Part shown: one piece after another, positions 50,912-61,332 of the stretch
How the letters are laid out: each line of letters starts with the position of its first letter
Numbering within the stretch: position 1 is the stretch's first letter
From: an uncultured Sphingomonadaceae bacterium
Lineage (GTDB): Bacteria > Pseudomonadota > Alphaproteobacteria > Sphingomonadales > Sphingomonadaceae
Reading direction: 5' to 3'
DNA: 64,000 bases
NCBI GenBank assembly: GCA_903871605.1
Contig: CAIQHF010000043.1
Location: forward strand, 34,721 to 98,720
Position numbers and translations under genes: made by a program
Notes under the pieces: generated by a model
The model's input: the letters and a program-made list of their open reading frames with translations, nothing else
Databases searched by the model: none
Told to the model about the DNA's origin: nothing

Positions 50912-52110
50912 CCGACGCCTTTCTCTGCGACGCGATCCGTACGCCGATTGGCAAGCTCAACGGATCGCTTTCGAGCATCCGCGCCGACGATCTCGCCGCC
51001 ATCCCGATCCGCGCGCTGATCGAGCGCAACCCGGGCGTTGACTGGGCCGCAGTCGACGACACGCTGCTCGGCTGCGCCAACCAGGCGGGCGAGGACAATC
51101 GCAACGTCGCGCGCATGGCGGTGCTGCTCGCGGGGCTTCCCGAGCAGGTGCCGGGCGCGACGGTCAACCGGCTGTGCGGTTCGGGGCTCAACGCGGTCGG
51201 CATGGCGGCGCAGGCGATCCGCAGCGGCGACGCCGAACTGATCATCGCCGGTGGCGTCGAGAGCATGACGCGCGCGCCCTATATCATGGGCAAGGCCGAC
51301 AGCGCCTTCGACCGGGCGCAGAAACTCGAGGACACGACGCTTGGCTGGCGGTTCGTCAATCCGGCGATGAAGGCGGCGTACGGCGTCGACACGATGCCGC
51401 AGACCGGCGAGAACGTCGCCGACGAATGGCGCGTGTCGCGCGCGGACCAGGATGCGTTTGCGCTCCGCAGCCAGGAAAAGGCGGCCGCGGCGCAGGCCAG
51501 CGGGCGGTTGGCCGCCGAGATCGTTCCGGTCAGCATTCCGCAGAAGAAGGGCGACCCTGTCGTCTTCGCCGCCGACGAACATCTGCGCGCGACCAGCCTC
51601 GAGGCACTGGCGAAGCTCAAGCCGGTGGTACGGGCGGACGGGACGGTGACGGCGGGCAACGCGTCCGGGCTCAACGACGGCGCGGCAGCAATGTTGGTCG
51701 CGTCCGAGGCGGCAGCGGCGAAGCATGGCCTCACGCCCCGCGCGCGCATACTGGCGATGGCATCCGCAGGGACCGCGCCGCGGATCATGGGGGTCGGCCC
51801 GATTGAGGCGGCGCGCAAGCTGCTCCGGCTGGGGGGCCTGGCGATCGACCAGCTCGACGTGATCGAGCTCAACGAGGCGTTCGCGTCGCAGGCGATCGCG
51901 ACACTGCGCGATCTCGGCCTCGATCCCGCCGACGACCGCGTCAACCGCAACGGCGGCGCGATCGCGCTCGGCCACCCGCTCGGCATGTCCGGCGCGCGGA
52001 TCACGATGTCGGCGGCGGAGGAACTGCACCGCACCGGCGGCCGCTATGCGATGGCGTTCATGTGCATCGGCGTCGGCCAGGGCATCGGGCTGCTGCTCGA
52101 GCGCGTGTAG
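50908..52110 (+). CDS. pcaF: 3-oxoadipyl-CoA thiolase
   Basis: ANQAGEDNRNVAR, NRLCGSG, GGAIALGHPLG, MCIGVGQG. Confidence 0.95.
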   Translation: MTDAFLCDAIRTPIGKLNGSLSSIRADDLAAIPIRALIERNPGVDWAAVDDTLLGCANQAGEDNRNVARMAVLLAGLPEQVPGATVNRLCGSGLNAVGMAAQAIRSGDAELIIAGGVESMTRAPYIMGKADSAFDRAQKLEDTTLGWRFVNPAMKAAYGVDTMPQTGENVADEWRVSRADQDAFALRSQEKAAAAQASGRLAAEIVPVSIPQKKGDPVVFAADEHLRATSLEALAKLKPVVRADGTVTAGNASGLNDGAAAMLVASEAAAAKHGLTPRARILAMASAGTAPRIMGVGPIEAARKLLRLGGLAIDQLDVIELNEAFASQAIATLRDLGLDPADDRVNRNGGAIALGHPLGMSGARITMSAAEELHRTGGRYAMAFMCIGVGQGIGLLLERV

Positions 52111-52307
52111 GTGAATGCAGATTGCCGTCCAGGAAGGCCGGCAGCCGCCGAACGTCGGTAGAAGGCTAACCGCTGCGCGAACGCGCGCCGTTTATGCTGA
52201 AGCCGGAAAGCCGACCGACAAGATCCGCGCGAGTCTAGCGGGCGCAGCCTATCCGGCGGCGGCATGGGCGTGAAGACACAGCCGCGACCGAACGATATGA
52301 GCCCGGC

Positions 52308-52889
52308 ATGGCCCGACTTCTCCTGTTCAACAAACCCTACGGGGTCTTGTCGCAATTCACCGACCGCGGATCGCCAACGGTTCGGTCGACATTGTCGGAC
52401 TTCATTACGGTGAAGGGCGTCTATCCCGCCGGAAGGCTCGATCGGGACAGCGAGGGCCTTCTGCTGCTATGCGATGACGGGCGGCTGCAGGCGCGGATTG
52501 CCGATCCGCGCTTCAAGCTGCCCAAGACCTACCTCGTGCAGGTCGAAGGCGATCCGCAGGAACCGGACTTGGAGCGCTTGCGGCGGGGCGTCCGACTCAA
52601 GGACGGCATGACCCTGCCGTCCGACGTGTCCCGCATCGACGAGCCGGACCTGTGGCCGCGCGATCCGCCGATACGCCAGCGCAGGCTCATCCCCGACAGC
52701 TGGCTGAAAATCACCATTCGCGAAGGGCGCAACCGGCAAGTGCGCCGAATGACCGCGGCAATCGGGTTGCCCACTTTAAGGCTGGTCCGCTGGTCGATCG
52801 GCGACTGGGCGGTCGCCGATATCGCGCCGGGCCGGTTCGAGGAGCGGTCCAGTCCGAGCGAGATCAGCAGCAACAGGTATAACCGATGA
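52308..52889 (+). CDS. rluE: 23S rRNA pseudouridine synthase (RluE-like)
   Basis: [31 protein letters not shown]. Confidence 0.85.
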   Translation: MARLLLFNKPYGVLSQFTDRGSPTVRSTLSDFITVKGVYPAGRLDRDSEGLLLLCDDGRLQARIADPRFKLPKTYLVQVEGDPQEPDLERLRRGVRLKDGMTLPSDVSRIDEPDLWPRDPPIRQRRLIPDSWLKITIREGRNRQVRRMTAAIGLPTLRLVRWSIGDWAVADIAPGRFEERSSPSEISSNRYNR

Positions 52890-52935
52890 CGCAGTTTGGC
52901 GCGTACGAGGAAGATCGGCAGGATTTCGAATTCCA

Positions 52936-53766
52936 ATGAATTACCGCCACTCCTTCCATGCCGGCAACAGCGCCGATGTCGTGAAGCACAGCCTGCTGAT
53001 CGCCCTCGTCCGCGCCTTGCAGCTCAAGCAAGGCGCGCTGACGCTGATCGACACCCATTCCGGTTGCGGGCTCTACGACCTCGACGGCGATCGCGCCCAA
53101 CGCACCGGCGAGGCCATGCAGGGCGTGCTGCGGACCTTTGCCGACCCAAACCCTCTGCTGAACGACTATCGCGCCGCCGTACAGGCGGTGAATGTCGGCG
53201 CCGCGCCGCGTCTCTATCCCGGCTCGCCGCGCATTCTGGCGCAGGTGATGCGCCCCCGCGACGTGCTGATCCTCAATGAAAAACATCCCGAGGACGCCAG
53301 TGCCTTGCGCAGCGCGATGCGCGGCACGACCGCTGCCGTGCACGAGCGCGACGCCTACGAGCTATGGCTGGCGATGCTCCCGACGCGCACCGGGCGCGGC
53401 GTGGTGGTGGTCGATCCGCCATATGAGCAGACCGACGAACGCGCGCGTATCACCGCGACCCTCGCCGCCGCGTATCGCAAATGGGCGCATGGCGTGACGG
53501 TGATCTGGTATCCGCTGAAAGACCCCGCCACGCATTGGCGGTGGAAGGCGCAGTTGCGCACGCTCGGCATTCCCAAATTCATGGGCGTGGAGCATTGGCT
53601 GTACGATAGCGTTCAGCCCGGCCTCTACAACGGCGCGGGCCTGTTCATCGTCAACCCGCCATATGCCTTCACGCAGACGCTGCCGCCTCTGTTGGAAGCC
53701 CTCCGCGCCGCGCTGGCGCCGGAAGGGCATAGCGGCAAGATCACCGCGGACTGGTTGGACGATTAA
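52936..53766 (+). CDS. rlmJ: 23S rRNA m6A2030 methyltransferase
   Basis: MNYRHSFHAGNSADVVKH, DTHSG, YPGSP, DPPYE, WYP. Confidence 0.92.
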   Translation: MNYRHSFHAGNSADVVKHSLLIALVRALQLKQGALTLIDTHSGCGLYDLDGDRAQRTGEAMQGVLRTFADPNPLLNDYRAAVQAVNVGAAPRLYPGSPRILAQVMRPRDVLILNEKHPEDASALRSAMRGTTAAVHERDAYELWLAMLPTRTGRGVVVVDPPYEQTDERARITATLAAAYRKWAHGVTVIWYPLKDPATHWRWKAQLRTLGIPKFMGVEHWLYDSVQPGLYNGAGLFIVNPPYAFTQTLPPLLEALRAALAPEGHSGKITADWLDD

Positions 53767-53814
53767 ATGGGCGGCCCGCTTCCGGTCATATCCAACGGAC
53801 GCCATCGGCTGCGT

Positions 53815-55083
53815 TCAATCGGCGACCGCCGAGCCCAGGCCATGGCCGTTGGGGCCGCGCTCCCGCACCCAAAGCGCCACCGTCGCGATGAAACCCACTG
53901 TCGCCAGCAGACCGAACAGCCATAGCATCGACGCGTAGCCACCCGGATTGTGCGGCCCCGCACGCGACGCGTCGTTGAGCCTCCCCGCGGCAAGATTGCA
54001 TATCGTAAGGCCCAGGCTCTGCAGCACGTTGATCAGCCCATAGGCCGTGCCGAGCCGCCTCGGGGCGACGAGCATCGCGGTTGCCGGCCAGATCACGGCC
54101 GGGACGACCGAAAAGCTCAGCCCCATCATCGCGGTGGATATCCACAGGCTCCAATGCGTCGCGCCCAGCGTCAGGAAGGTCATCGGCATCAGCGCCGCGC
54201 CGAGCGCCAGCATCGACGCACGGTGACCGAACCGATCGGCGACGAGGCCGAAGATCGGCGTCGCGAAGATCGCGGTGAAGAACACCCAGCTGTTGACCAG
54301 ACCCGCGTCGCCGAGCGTCAATCCCTTGGCATCCTGGAAATAGACGATCGCGAACGTGCTTCGGAACGGGAAGAATACCGAGGCGAACAATACGTTCAGC
54401 GTCAATATGTACCAATAGGATCGATCGAAGCCGCCGACGTCGAACAGGCCTGCCCAACTCTGCCGTCCCCGTGCGGCGGTGCCGCGGCTGTGCAGATCGA
54501 GCGAGAAATAGGCCAGCGCGCCGCCGAAGCTGATCGCGGTCAGCCCCGCCGCCAGCCATAGGGGCGGTTGCCAGCCGCCGTCGTAAAGGCCTGCCGCCCA
54601 GCGCGGCGAAATGTCGGCCATGTAGGAGCCGACCCGGGCAAGACTGAACAGCAACGACATCGCCAGCGCCGCACTGCGCGCGTGGAACCACTGAGCGAGG
54701 CCCGCGAGCAGCGCGATCAGCAGCGTCTCCTGGCCGATGCCGAACAGCAGTCTGCCGAACACCATAAGCCCGAACGGATCTCCGATCGCGCTCAATATGG
54801 TGCCCGCGAAGCACAGGCCCGCGGTGCCGACCGCGATGCGCGAGGCGCCGAAGCGATCGATCAACAGGCCGCCGGCCAGCGAGAGCGGTATATTGGGGAG
54901 CCCCAGCACGGCGTTGAGCAGGCCGATCTGCGACTGGCTGAACCCGCGCTGCGTCCGCAGCAGATCGGCTACCGGCGCGATCGAATCGAAGGCGTAGTAA
55001 TTGCCGGCGATGGCGATGCTGGCCAGCGCGAGCACCAGCCATTTCAGTCGCCCGTCCCGCTGCACCGCGCGCCCTCCGAACAT
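53815..55083 (-). CDS. MFS transporter (MFSD1-like)
   Basis: GNYYAFD N-terminal helix, GLLIDRFG, GLVADRFGHR; ~12 hydrophobic segments; start uncertain. Confidence 0.85.
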   Translation of the reverse strand: MFGGRAVQRDGRLKWLVLALASIAIAGNYYAFDSIAPVADLLRTQRGFSQSQIGLLNAVLGLPNIPLSLAGGLLIDRFGASRIAVGTAGLCFAGTILSAIGDPFGLMVFGRLLFGIGQETLLIALLAGLAQWFHARSAALAMSLLFSLARVGSYMADISPRWAAGLYDGGWQPPLWLAAGLTAISFGGALAYFSLDLHSRGTAARGRQSWAGLFDVGGFDRSYWYILTLNVLFASVFFPFRSTFAIVYFQDAKGLTLGDAGLVNSWVFFTAIFATPIFGLVADRFGHRASMLALGAALMPMTFLTLGATHWSLWISTAMMGLSFSVVPAVIWPATAMLVAPRRLGTAYGLINVLQSLGLTICNLAAGRLNDASRAGPHNPGGYASMLWLFGLLATVGFIATVALWVRERGPNGHGLGSAVAD

Positions 55084-55088
55084 CCATC

Positions 55089-56462
55089 CTAATGAATACG
55101 GGCGCCTTGTCGCTGCAATTCGGCCTGGACGAGGTTCATGTCCAGACGATCGAGCGGCTGGCCCGATCTCACCGACACTGCCGCGGCGACACCGGCGCCT
55201 TGCCCGCTGACCGCACAGCACATCATGTTGCGGACGGCGGCATGCGAAATCTGGTCGCCGCCGATCGCGCGACCGGCGACCAGCAGATTGTCGACGTACC
55301 GCGGCAGCAGCGCGCGATAGGGCAGGTGGAAATACCGCCCGGTGGTCGGCAGGATCAGCAACCCGTAGCCGTCAATGAATTCGGGGAAAATGCCGATGCT
55401 GTCGTCGAAGCGCGCCTGCTCGCGGACATCGGTTTCGGTCATGTTGTAGGCGGCGTCGATCTTGCGCGTGTCGCGGACGCCGAGCGTCATCCCGAAATTG
55501 CGCAGCTTGGCGTCCTCGCAGCCCGGCATGAAGCGCTTGAGCGCCTCCACCGCCATCACCGCCTGCCATCGCCCGTCGATCTCGCCGCGGGTCAGGTCGT
55601 CGGGATCGGTGCCGTCGATCCCGGCGATGTGCACGAGGTTGAGGTAGGTCAGGTCGCCCTGGTCGGAGACCGTGCCCCAGGTGCCGGCGATCGTCGCCAG
55701 GTTTGCGGGAAGCAATCCGGTCTCGAGCGCCTTCTTGAACGGCTTGCGGAGGAAGGGCGAGAACATCGCATCCTCCTTGCCATCGGTCCGGATGTCCCAT
55801 TCGCCGTTGCCGCCCCAATCGGCATAGGTCTGCGGATCGGCCTTCACCTGTTCGATGAAGCGCGCCTTGTTGACGCCGCTCATCGAGAACATCACCGATG
55901 CCGCCATCATCTGTTCGCGCGGCGTCTTGCGGACAGGAGCGGCGCAGCGCGCCGCGATATCAGCGTCGCCCGTCGCATCGATCACGCGCCTGGCGAGGAT
56001 CGCCTCGCGGCCGGCCTTGCTCTCGACGATCACGCCTCTGATCGTGCGGCCGTCCATGATCGGCGCCACGCACAGCCGATGCAGCATGGGCTGGACGCCG
56101 GCCTCCTCGACCAGGACGTCGGCGACATATTTGAACAACTCGGCATCGAGCGCGTGGCTCATCGACTGAGGCTCCGGCAAGGCCGCACCCATCGCGATCG
56201 CGCGCTGCTCGAATTCGGGTCCTATGCCTTCGCTGTCAATCGTCGCCGGATGCCGATACCACGCCAGTCCCTCGACCCCGACCTGCGTCATGTTGCCGCC
56301 CAGGCAGCCATAGCGTTCGAGTAATATGGTCTGGACCCCGGAACGGGCGGCGGCGAGCGCGGCGGCCAGCCCGCCGGGGCCACTGCCGACGACCAGCACG
56401 TCGGTCTCGCGGATCACGTCGACCTCGCGACGGGGTTCGCTGATCCGCTTCATCGGCAGCAC
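55089..56462 (-). CDS. FAD-dependent oxidoreductase (FAD_oxidored family)
   Basis: DVLVVGSGPGG, ERYGCLGG, IDATGDAD, PYRALLP, NLLVAGRAI, GQGAGVAAA. Confidence 0.88.
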   Translation of the reverse strand: MLPMKRISEPRREVDVIRETDVLVVGSGPGGLAAALAAARSGVQTILLERYGCLGGNMTQVGVEGLAWYRHPATIDSEGIGPEFEQRAIAMGAALPEPQSMSHALDAELFKYVADVLVEEAGVQPMLHRLCVAPIMDGRTIRGVIVESKAGREAILARRVIDATGDADIAARCAAPVRKTPREQMMAASVMFSMSGVNKARFIEQVKADPQTYADWGGNGEWDIRTDGKEDAMFSPFLRKPFKKALETGLLPANLATIAGTWGTVSDQGDLTYLNLVHIAGIDGTDPDDLTRGEIDGRWQAVMAVEALKRFMPGCEDAKLRNFGMTLGVRDTRKIDAAYNMTETDVREQARFDDSIGIFPEFIDGYGLLILPTTGRYFHLPYRALLPRYVDNLLVAGRAIGGDQISHAAVRNMMCCAVSGQGAGVAAAVSVRSGQPLDRLDMNLVQAELQRQGARIH

Positions 56463-56747
56463 GACCTTTCGGGGTTGAGAGAGACGGTGTTCGTCATCGA
56501 ATCGACGTCGAGAATGTCTTTATGGATCATGGACGAACCGCGGCTTCCGGGGAACCGCCAAGACCGTCGGCGCGATGGCGATCGGCGCAATCGAGACGAA
56601 CTTTTCCGATCGCTTTCCGTCGTTTCAGCGATGTGATTCCACGCAGGCGTCCGACATCACGGGCAAGCCTGAGTGGCGTGTGGCGAATGCGTGAGGCGAT
56701 GCTAGACCGAAGCCGGAGCGACCATCGCTCGCAACGCCTGGAACGCG

Positions 56748-56777
56748 CCGACATCAATCTGTCATGCACGGTGACAA
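56748..56777 (+). promoter_or_regulatory. Pho-box-like direct repeat CCGACAT-caat-CTGTCAT upstream of the response regulator
   Basis: 11-bp-spaced half sites; CTGTCATGCA recurs at 58960-58969. Confidence 0.4.
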
Positions 56778-56802
56778 GAAGGCGCCTTTGGGGAAGGCGC
56801 CT

Positions 56803-57486
56803 ATGCATTTGCTCATCGTGGAAGACGATCGGGTCATCGCCGATCATATCGTTTCGGGCTTGAACCGTATCGGGCACAGCACCACCCTCGCCCGCACCGG
56901 CGCCGAGGCGATCAAGGCGTGCGCCGATCGATCGCACCATGCCGTCATCCTCGATCGGATGCTTCCCGACATCGACGGCATGGCGGTGATCGATCATGTA
57001 CGCGCCAGCGGCGATGCCGTCCCAGTGCTCATGCTGAGCGCGCTCGGATCGGTGAAGAACCGCATCGAGGGTCTGCGGCGAGGCGCGGACGATTATCTCG
57101 CCAAGCCGTTCAGCATCGACGAACTGGCTGCGCGTCTGGACGCGATCGCCCGGCGCAGCCCGGCCCGGCCCGGCAAGGCCCGGATCGAGATCGGCCTGCT
57201 GCAGCTTGACGCCAGCAGCCACCGCGCAACCTATCGGGGCAGGACGGCGGTGCTCAACCGCAAACAATATTCGTTGCTCGCGCACCTCATGGGCCATGCC
57301 GACACTATCGTCACCCGCGCCATGCTGCTCGAGGCCGTATGGTCCCTCTCTGTCTCCACCACCACCACCAACATCGTCGAGAGCAATATGAGCCGGCTGC
57401 GCACCGCGCTGCAGGATCTCGGCTGCGATCCGATCGAGACGCAGCGCGGCTCAGGCTATGTCCTGCGTTCCGATCGATGCGGCTGA
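56803..57486 (+). CDS. OmpR-family response regulator
   Basis: LIVEDD, ILDRMLP, MLSA, DDYLAKPF, winged helix ending TQRGSGY. Confidence 0.93.
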   Translation: MHLLIVEDDRVIADHIVSGLNRIGHSTTLARTGAEAIKACADRSHHAVILDRMLPDIDGMAVIDHVRASGDAVPVLMLSALGSVKNRIEGLRRGADDYLAKPFSIDELAARLDAIARRSPARPGKARIEIGLLQLDASSHRATYRGRTAVLNRKQYSLLAHLMGHADTIVTRAMLLEAVWSLSVSTTTTNIVESNMSRLRTALQDLGCDPIETQRGSGYVLRSDRCG

Positions 57487-58880
57487 TCCGGCGGATGGCC
57501 GCGCGCAGAGCGCGGCCCGGTCGGCTCGCCATACAGGTCGGCCTTGCCTTTGCGCTGGCGATGATCACGATCGGGATCGTCGGCTTCGGCGTCGCGGATC
57601 ATTGGGTGTCGAGCCGCATCGATCGGTCGCTGACCTACCACGCCAACAAATATGTCTCGAAGGTCGAAGGCGATCCCGCGGCGGAAGCCCATCTGCGCTC
57701 GGCGATCCTCGAATGGCAGCGCCGCAAGGTCTTGAGCGAGCGGACCTACGTAGTGTTCGATCGCGACGGCCGCCGAATTGCCGGACGGCTTGATATCAGG
57801 CCGCCGAAGCCCGGCTTCTCCTATGTGCGCTTCACCGCCGGCGGCCGCCATGTCGAAGAGGGGCGCGCGCTTGCCACGCGGGTGCCCGGCGGCGGACTCT
57901 TCGTCGTCGTCCAGTACAGCGAAGCCGTCGAAGGGCTGCACGAGATCCTGCCGATGGCGGTGCTGGCCATCTGTCTTGTCGCGCTGCTGCTCGGCATGTC
58001 GGCGACCTTCCTCTTTGCCCGGCTCACCGCAGAGCGCCTGGCGGAAACGCAGAATATCGCCGCCGCCATCGCGGCAGGCGATCTCAGCCGCCGGATCGCG
58101 ACCGACCGACTGGATGGAATGTTCGCCGTGCAGGCCGATAGTTTGAACCAGATGCTCGATCACATGGAAGAACTGGTTCGGTCACAGCAGCTCTTCTCCA
58201 GCAATCTCGCGCACGACCTGCGCACGCCGCTGATGCGCCTGCGCAGTCTGCTCGAAAGGGCATCCCGCGACGATCGGTCTGCCTTCGAGCCGATGTTGGA
58301 GCGTGCCGAGCGGGAATGCGCCTCGATCATCGCCATTTTCGACGCCTTGCTCCGCCTCGCCGAGATCGAGACAGGGCGACATCCGACCGCGATGAGGCCG
58401 ATCTCGCTCCGACCGCTGCTGGAGGATATCGCCGAAACGATGGAGCCGGTCATCACCGATCACGGCGGGACGCTCGCTATCCGCCAACTCGACGACGTCA
58501 CCGTCACCGGCGATGTCGACCTGATCAACCAGTTGCTGATCAACCTCCTCGAGAATGTCGCGACCCACACACCACGCGGAACGCGCGTCACGCTGGCGCT
58601 CGAACGCAACGAACGCGGCGCGATGATCACGTTGAACGATGACGGACCCGGCCTCTCGACCGGAGAGTTCGCCCGCGTCACGCGGCCGTTCGAACGCGGC
58701 TCGGCCGTCTCGGCGCGGACGGGCAGCGGCCTCGGCCTGGCGATCGCCAGCGCGATCGCACGTTTCCACCATGGCCACCTCGAACTGCTGGACGCTGCGC
58801 CCGGTCTCGAAGTCCGGATTAGCATTCCGGCCAATGACGGCGTCGATCTGCCCGCACAGGACGCCCGCCAGGCCTCGTGA
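57477..58880 (+). CDS. Sensor histidine kinase (HAMP-HisKA-HATPase)
   Basis: Two TM segments, AHDLRTPL H-box, NLLENV, DDGPG, GSGLGL. Confidence 0.94.
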   Translation: MRLIRRMAARRARPGRLAIQVGLAFALAMITIGIVGFGVADHWVSSRIDRSLTYHANKYVSKVEGDPAAEAHLRSAILEWQRRKVLSERTYVVFDRDGRRIAGRLDIRPPKPGFSYVRFTAGGRHVEEGRALATRVPGGGLFVVVQYSEAVEGLHEILPMAVLAICLVALLLGMSATFLFARLTAERLAETQNIAAAIAAGDLSRRIATDRLDGMFAVQADSLNQMLDHMEELVRSQQLFSSNLAHDLRTPLMRLRSLLERASRDDRSAFEPMLERAERECASIIAIFDALLRLAEIETGRHPTAMRPISLRPLLEDIAETMEPVITDHGGTLAIRQLDDVTVTGDVDLINQLLINLLENVATHTPRGTRVTLALERNERGAMITLNDDGPGLSTGEFARVTRPFERGSAVSARTGSGLGLAIASAIARFHHGHLELLDAAPGLEVRISIPANDGVDLPAQDARQAS

Positions 58881-59022
58881 GGGACGACACCGCACGTCGG
58901 CACATTGTAAATTCAAAACCTTGCAGGCGTGCAACCTTCGCCGCCGAACCCCTCTCGAACTGTCATGCATCGCACCTACCGGCAGGGCCACACATGCACC
59001 GACTGCCAGGGGATTTTACAGC

Positions 59023-61332
59023 ATGACGGCTTCCTACCGGCTATTGCCCGCCCGTACATTCGCCTCCGCGTTCGTTCTGGCGATCGCGATCTCGAACCAT
59101 GCCGCCTATGCGGCGGATACGCCGCCGGCCAGCACCGACAACGGGATCGCGGAAGGTTCGGACATCCTCGTGACGGCCACCAGGGCAAACGAGATCGCGC
59201 CGGTCACCGCATCGCTCAAGGAAACCCAGCCCGCCTCGATCGTGTCACGCTCCTTCATCGAGGATTCACTGCCCGCCAGCGCAGACTTCAACGATATCGC
59301 GCTGATCTCGCCGTCGGTCAGCAACGCCGGTGGCGAGAACGGCGTCGGCCTCAACGAGAGCAAGACGACGATCCGTGGCTTCCAGGACGGCGAATATAAT
59401 ATCACCTATGATGGCGTGCCGTTCGGCGACACCAACGGCCCGACCCACCACTCCAACACGTTCTTCCCCTCGAACACCATCGAGACGCTGGTGGTCGACC
59501 GCGGCCCCGGCAACGCCAGTCAGCTCGGTGAGTCGACCTATGGCGGCAACATGAACCTCTTCTCACGCGAGACGCGGGCCGATCCATCGGCCGAGTTCAA
59601 GGCCGCCTATGGCAGCTTCAACACCTATTTGCTGCGCGGGCTTCTCCAATCGGGTGCGATCGACAAGCTGAACGGCACCGAGGCGGTCCTCTCGGCGCAA
59701 TATGTCAAGACCGACGGACGGCTGAGCCTCAGCGGCTACAATCAGAAGAATATCTTCGGCAAGGTGGTGATCCCGATCGGATCGAGCGTGCATCTCTCGC
59801 TGCTCAGCACCTACAACAAGAACCACTTCTTCCAGCCGGACAAGAACGGCGTCACGCTCCAGCAGGTCGGGCTGTACGGCAAATATTATAATCTCAACGA
59901 CGACCCGACCAGCGAGAGCTACCGCAAATACAACCACACGACCAAGACGACCGACTTCGAGATCGCAAAGCTCGATGCCGAGATCGCGCCGGGCACGACC
60001 TTCGTGAACACGGCCTATACCTATTATTACGACAACGAGACGCTGAGCGGCAGCAGCGCGACCACCATCCCGGTTTCCGCCGGCGGCCCCGCCCAGACCG
60101 TGACGCTCGCGCCGGGCGCCAAGCCCGTGCTCGGCGTGCCGGGCTACACCAAGACCAACAAGTATCGCGTGTGGGGCGACATCCCCAAGACGCGCTTCGA
60201 TTTCGGCTTCGGCGCGCTGACCGCGGGCCTGTGGATCGAGCGTGCGGATACCTTTCGCCAGCAGACCGATGTCGATCTGGTCTCCGGCGGGTTCAACTAT
60301 GTCGAGAAGACGATCAAATTGCCCAACGGCAAGGCGAACCCCCTTGGCGCGCCGGCATATATCAAATTCAACCAGAATAGCGGTTTCAACCACACCGAGG
60401 AGTTTGCCGAGCTCGAGCTCCGCCCCCTGTCGGGGCTGACGATCACGCCAGGCTTCAAGCACGTCGACTTCAATCTGGAGATCAACGCAGAATATAACCA
60501 GACCACCCGCGTCCCGCAGGCCATCAGCAAGACCTATACGAAGAACCTGCCGTTCGCGACGATCAACTATTCGATCAATCCGCGCCTGTCGGTCTACGGC
60601 CAATATGCCCAGGGCATGGCGGTGCCGATCCTCGGCGATCTCTACGTCGCAAATCCGAGCCTGTCGTCGATCGAACCTCAGACGTCGACCAACTATCAGG
60701 CGGGTCTGGTCTATCACGGCGACCACCTGAGCTTCGACGCCGATGCCTATTACATCAAGATCAACAACAAGATCCAGCAAGAGACGGTGATCGACGATAC
60801 CGGCACCTCCCAGACCGCTTACTTCAACGCGGGCAAGGTGCTCTACAAGGGCATCGAGGGCCAGGTGACCTATGCGTTGCGCGGCGGACTCGCGTTGTTC
60901 GCCAACGGATCGTTCAACTACGCCAAGGAGGCAGGCACGCATAACCCCGTTTCCAACGCGCCCAAATCGACCGCCGCGGCGGGCCTCATCTACAAGCACG
61001 GCCCGTTCCGCTTCTCGCTGATCGACAAGTGGACCGGCCCGCAATATGCGACGCAGGAGGCGCTCGATCCGACGCAGACGTTCTTCGTCGTGTCGCGCTC
61101 GGTCCGCATCTCCGCCTATAACGACGCGATCCTCGCGGCGAGCTACCAGTGGCGCAACCTGCGCTTCGGGCTCAACGTCACCGATCTGTTCAATTCGGAG
61201 AAGATCGAGAATATCGGCCTTTCCGGCAACGGGCCAAATGGCGACGCGGTGCACGGCGTGAACATGACGGCCGATCAATTCTACTATCAGCCCGGCCGCC
61301 AGATCACCGGCGACATCACGGTGAAATTCTGA
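59023..61332 (+). CDS. TonB-dependent receptor
   Basis: Signal peptide, ILVTATR, IRGF, VDRGPG, C-terminal VKF. Confidence 0.94.
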   Translation: MTASYRLLPARTFASAFVLAIAISNHAAYAADTPPASTDNGIAEGSDILVTATRANEIAPVTASLKETQPASIVSRSFIEDSLPASADFNDIALISPSVSNAGGENGVGLNESKTTIRGFQDGEYNITYDGVPFGDTNGPTHHSNTFFPSNTIETLVVDRGPGNASQLGESTYGGNMNLFSRETRADPSAEFKAAYGSFNTYLLRGLLQSGAIDKLNGTEAVLSAQYVKTDGRLSLSGYNQKNIFGKVVIPIGSSVHLSLLSTYNKNHFFQPDKNGVTLQQVGLYGKYYNLNDDPTSESYRKYNHTTKTTDFEIAKLDAEIAPGTTFVNTAYTYYYDNETLSGSSATTIPVSAGGPAQTVTLAPGAKPVLGVPGYTKTNKYRVWGDIPKTRFDFGFGALTAGLWIERADTFRQQTDVDLVSGGFNYVEKTIKLPNGKANPLGAPAYIKFNQNSGFNHTEEFAELELRPLSGLTITPGFKHVDFNLEINAEYNQTTRVPQAISKTYTKNLPFATINYSINPRLSVYGQYAQGMAVPILGDLYVANPSLSSIEPQTSTNYQAGLVYHGDHLSFDADAYYIKINNKIQQETVIDDTGTSQTAYFNAGKVLYKGIEGQVTYALRGGLALFANGSFNYAKEAGTHNPVSNAPKSTAAAGLIYKHGPFRFSLIDKWTGPQYATQEALDPTQTFFVVSRSVRISAYNDAILAASYQWRNLRFGLNVTDLFNSEKIENIGLSGNGPNGDAVHGVNMTADQFYYQPGRQITGDITVKF

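Noticed and set aside
52110-52308. Possible IS end or att site after pcaF
   Set aside because: No terminal inverted repeat, target duplication or transposase fragment could be identified
57350-57372. ACC/CAC triplet run (TTTT) in the response regulator as a frameshift or contingency repeat
   Set aside because: In frame, and the downstream winged-helix motif is intact
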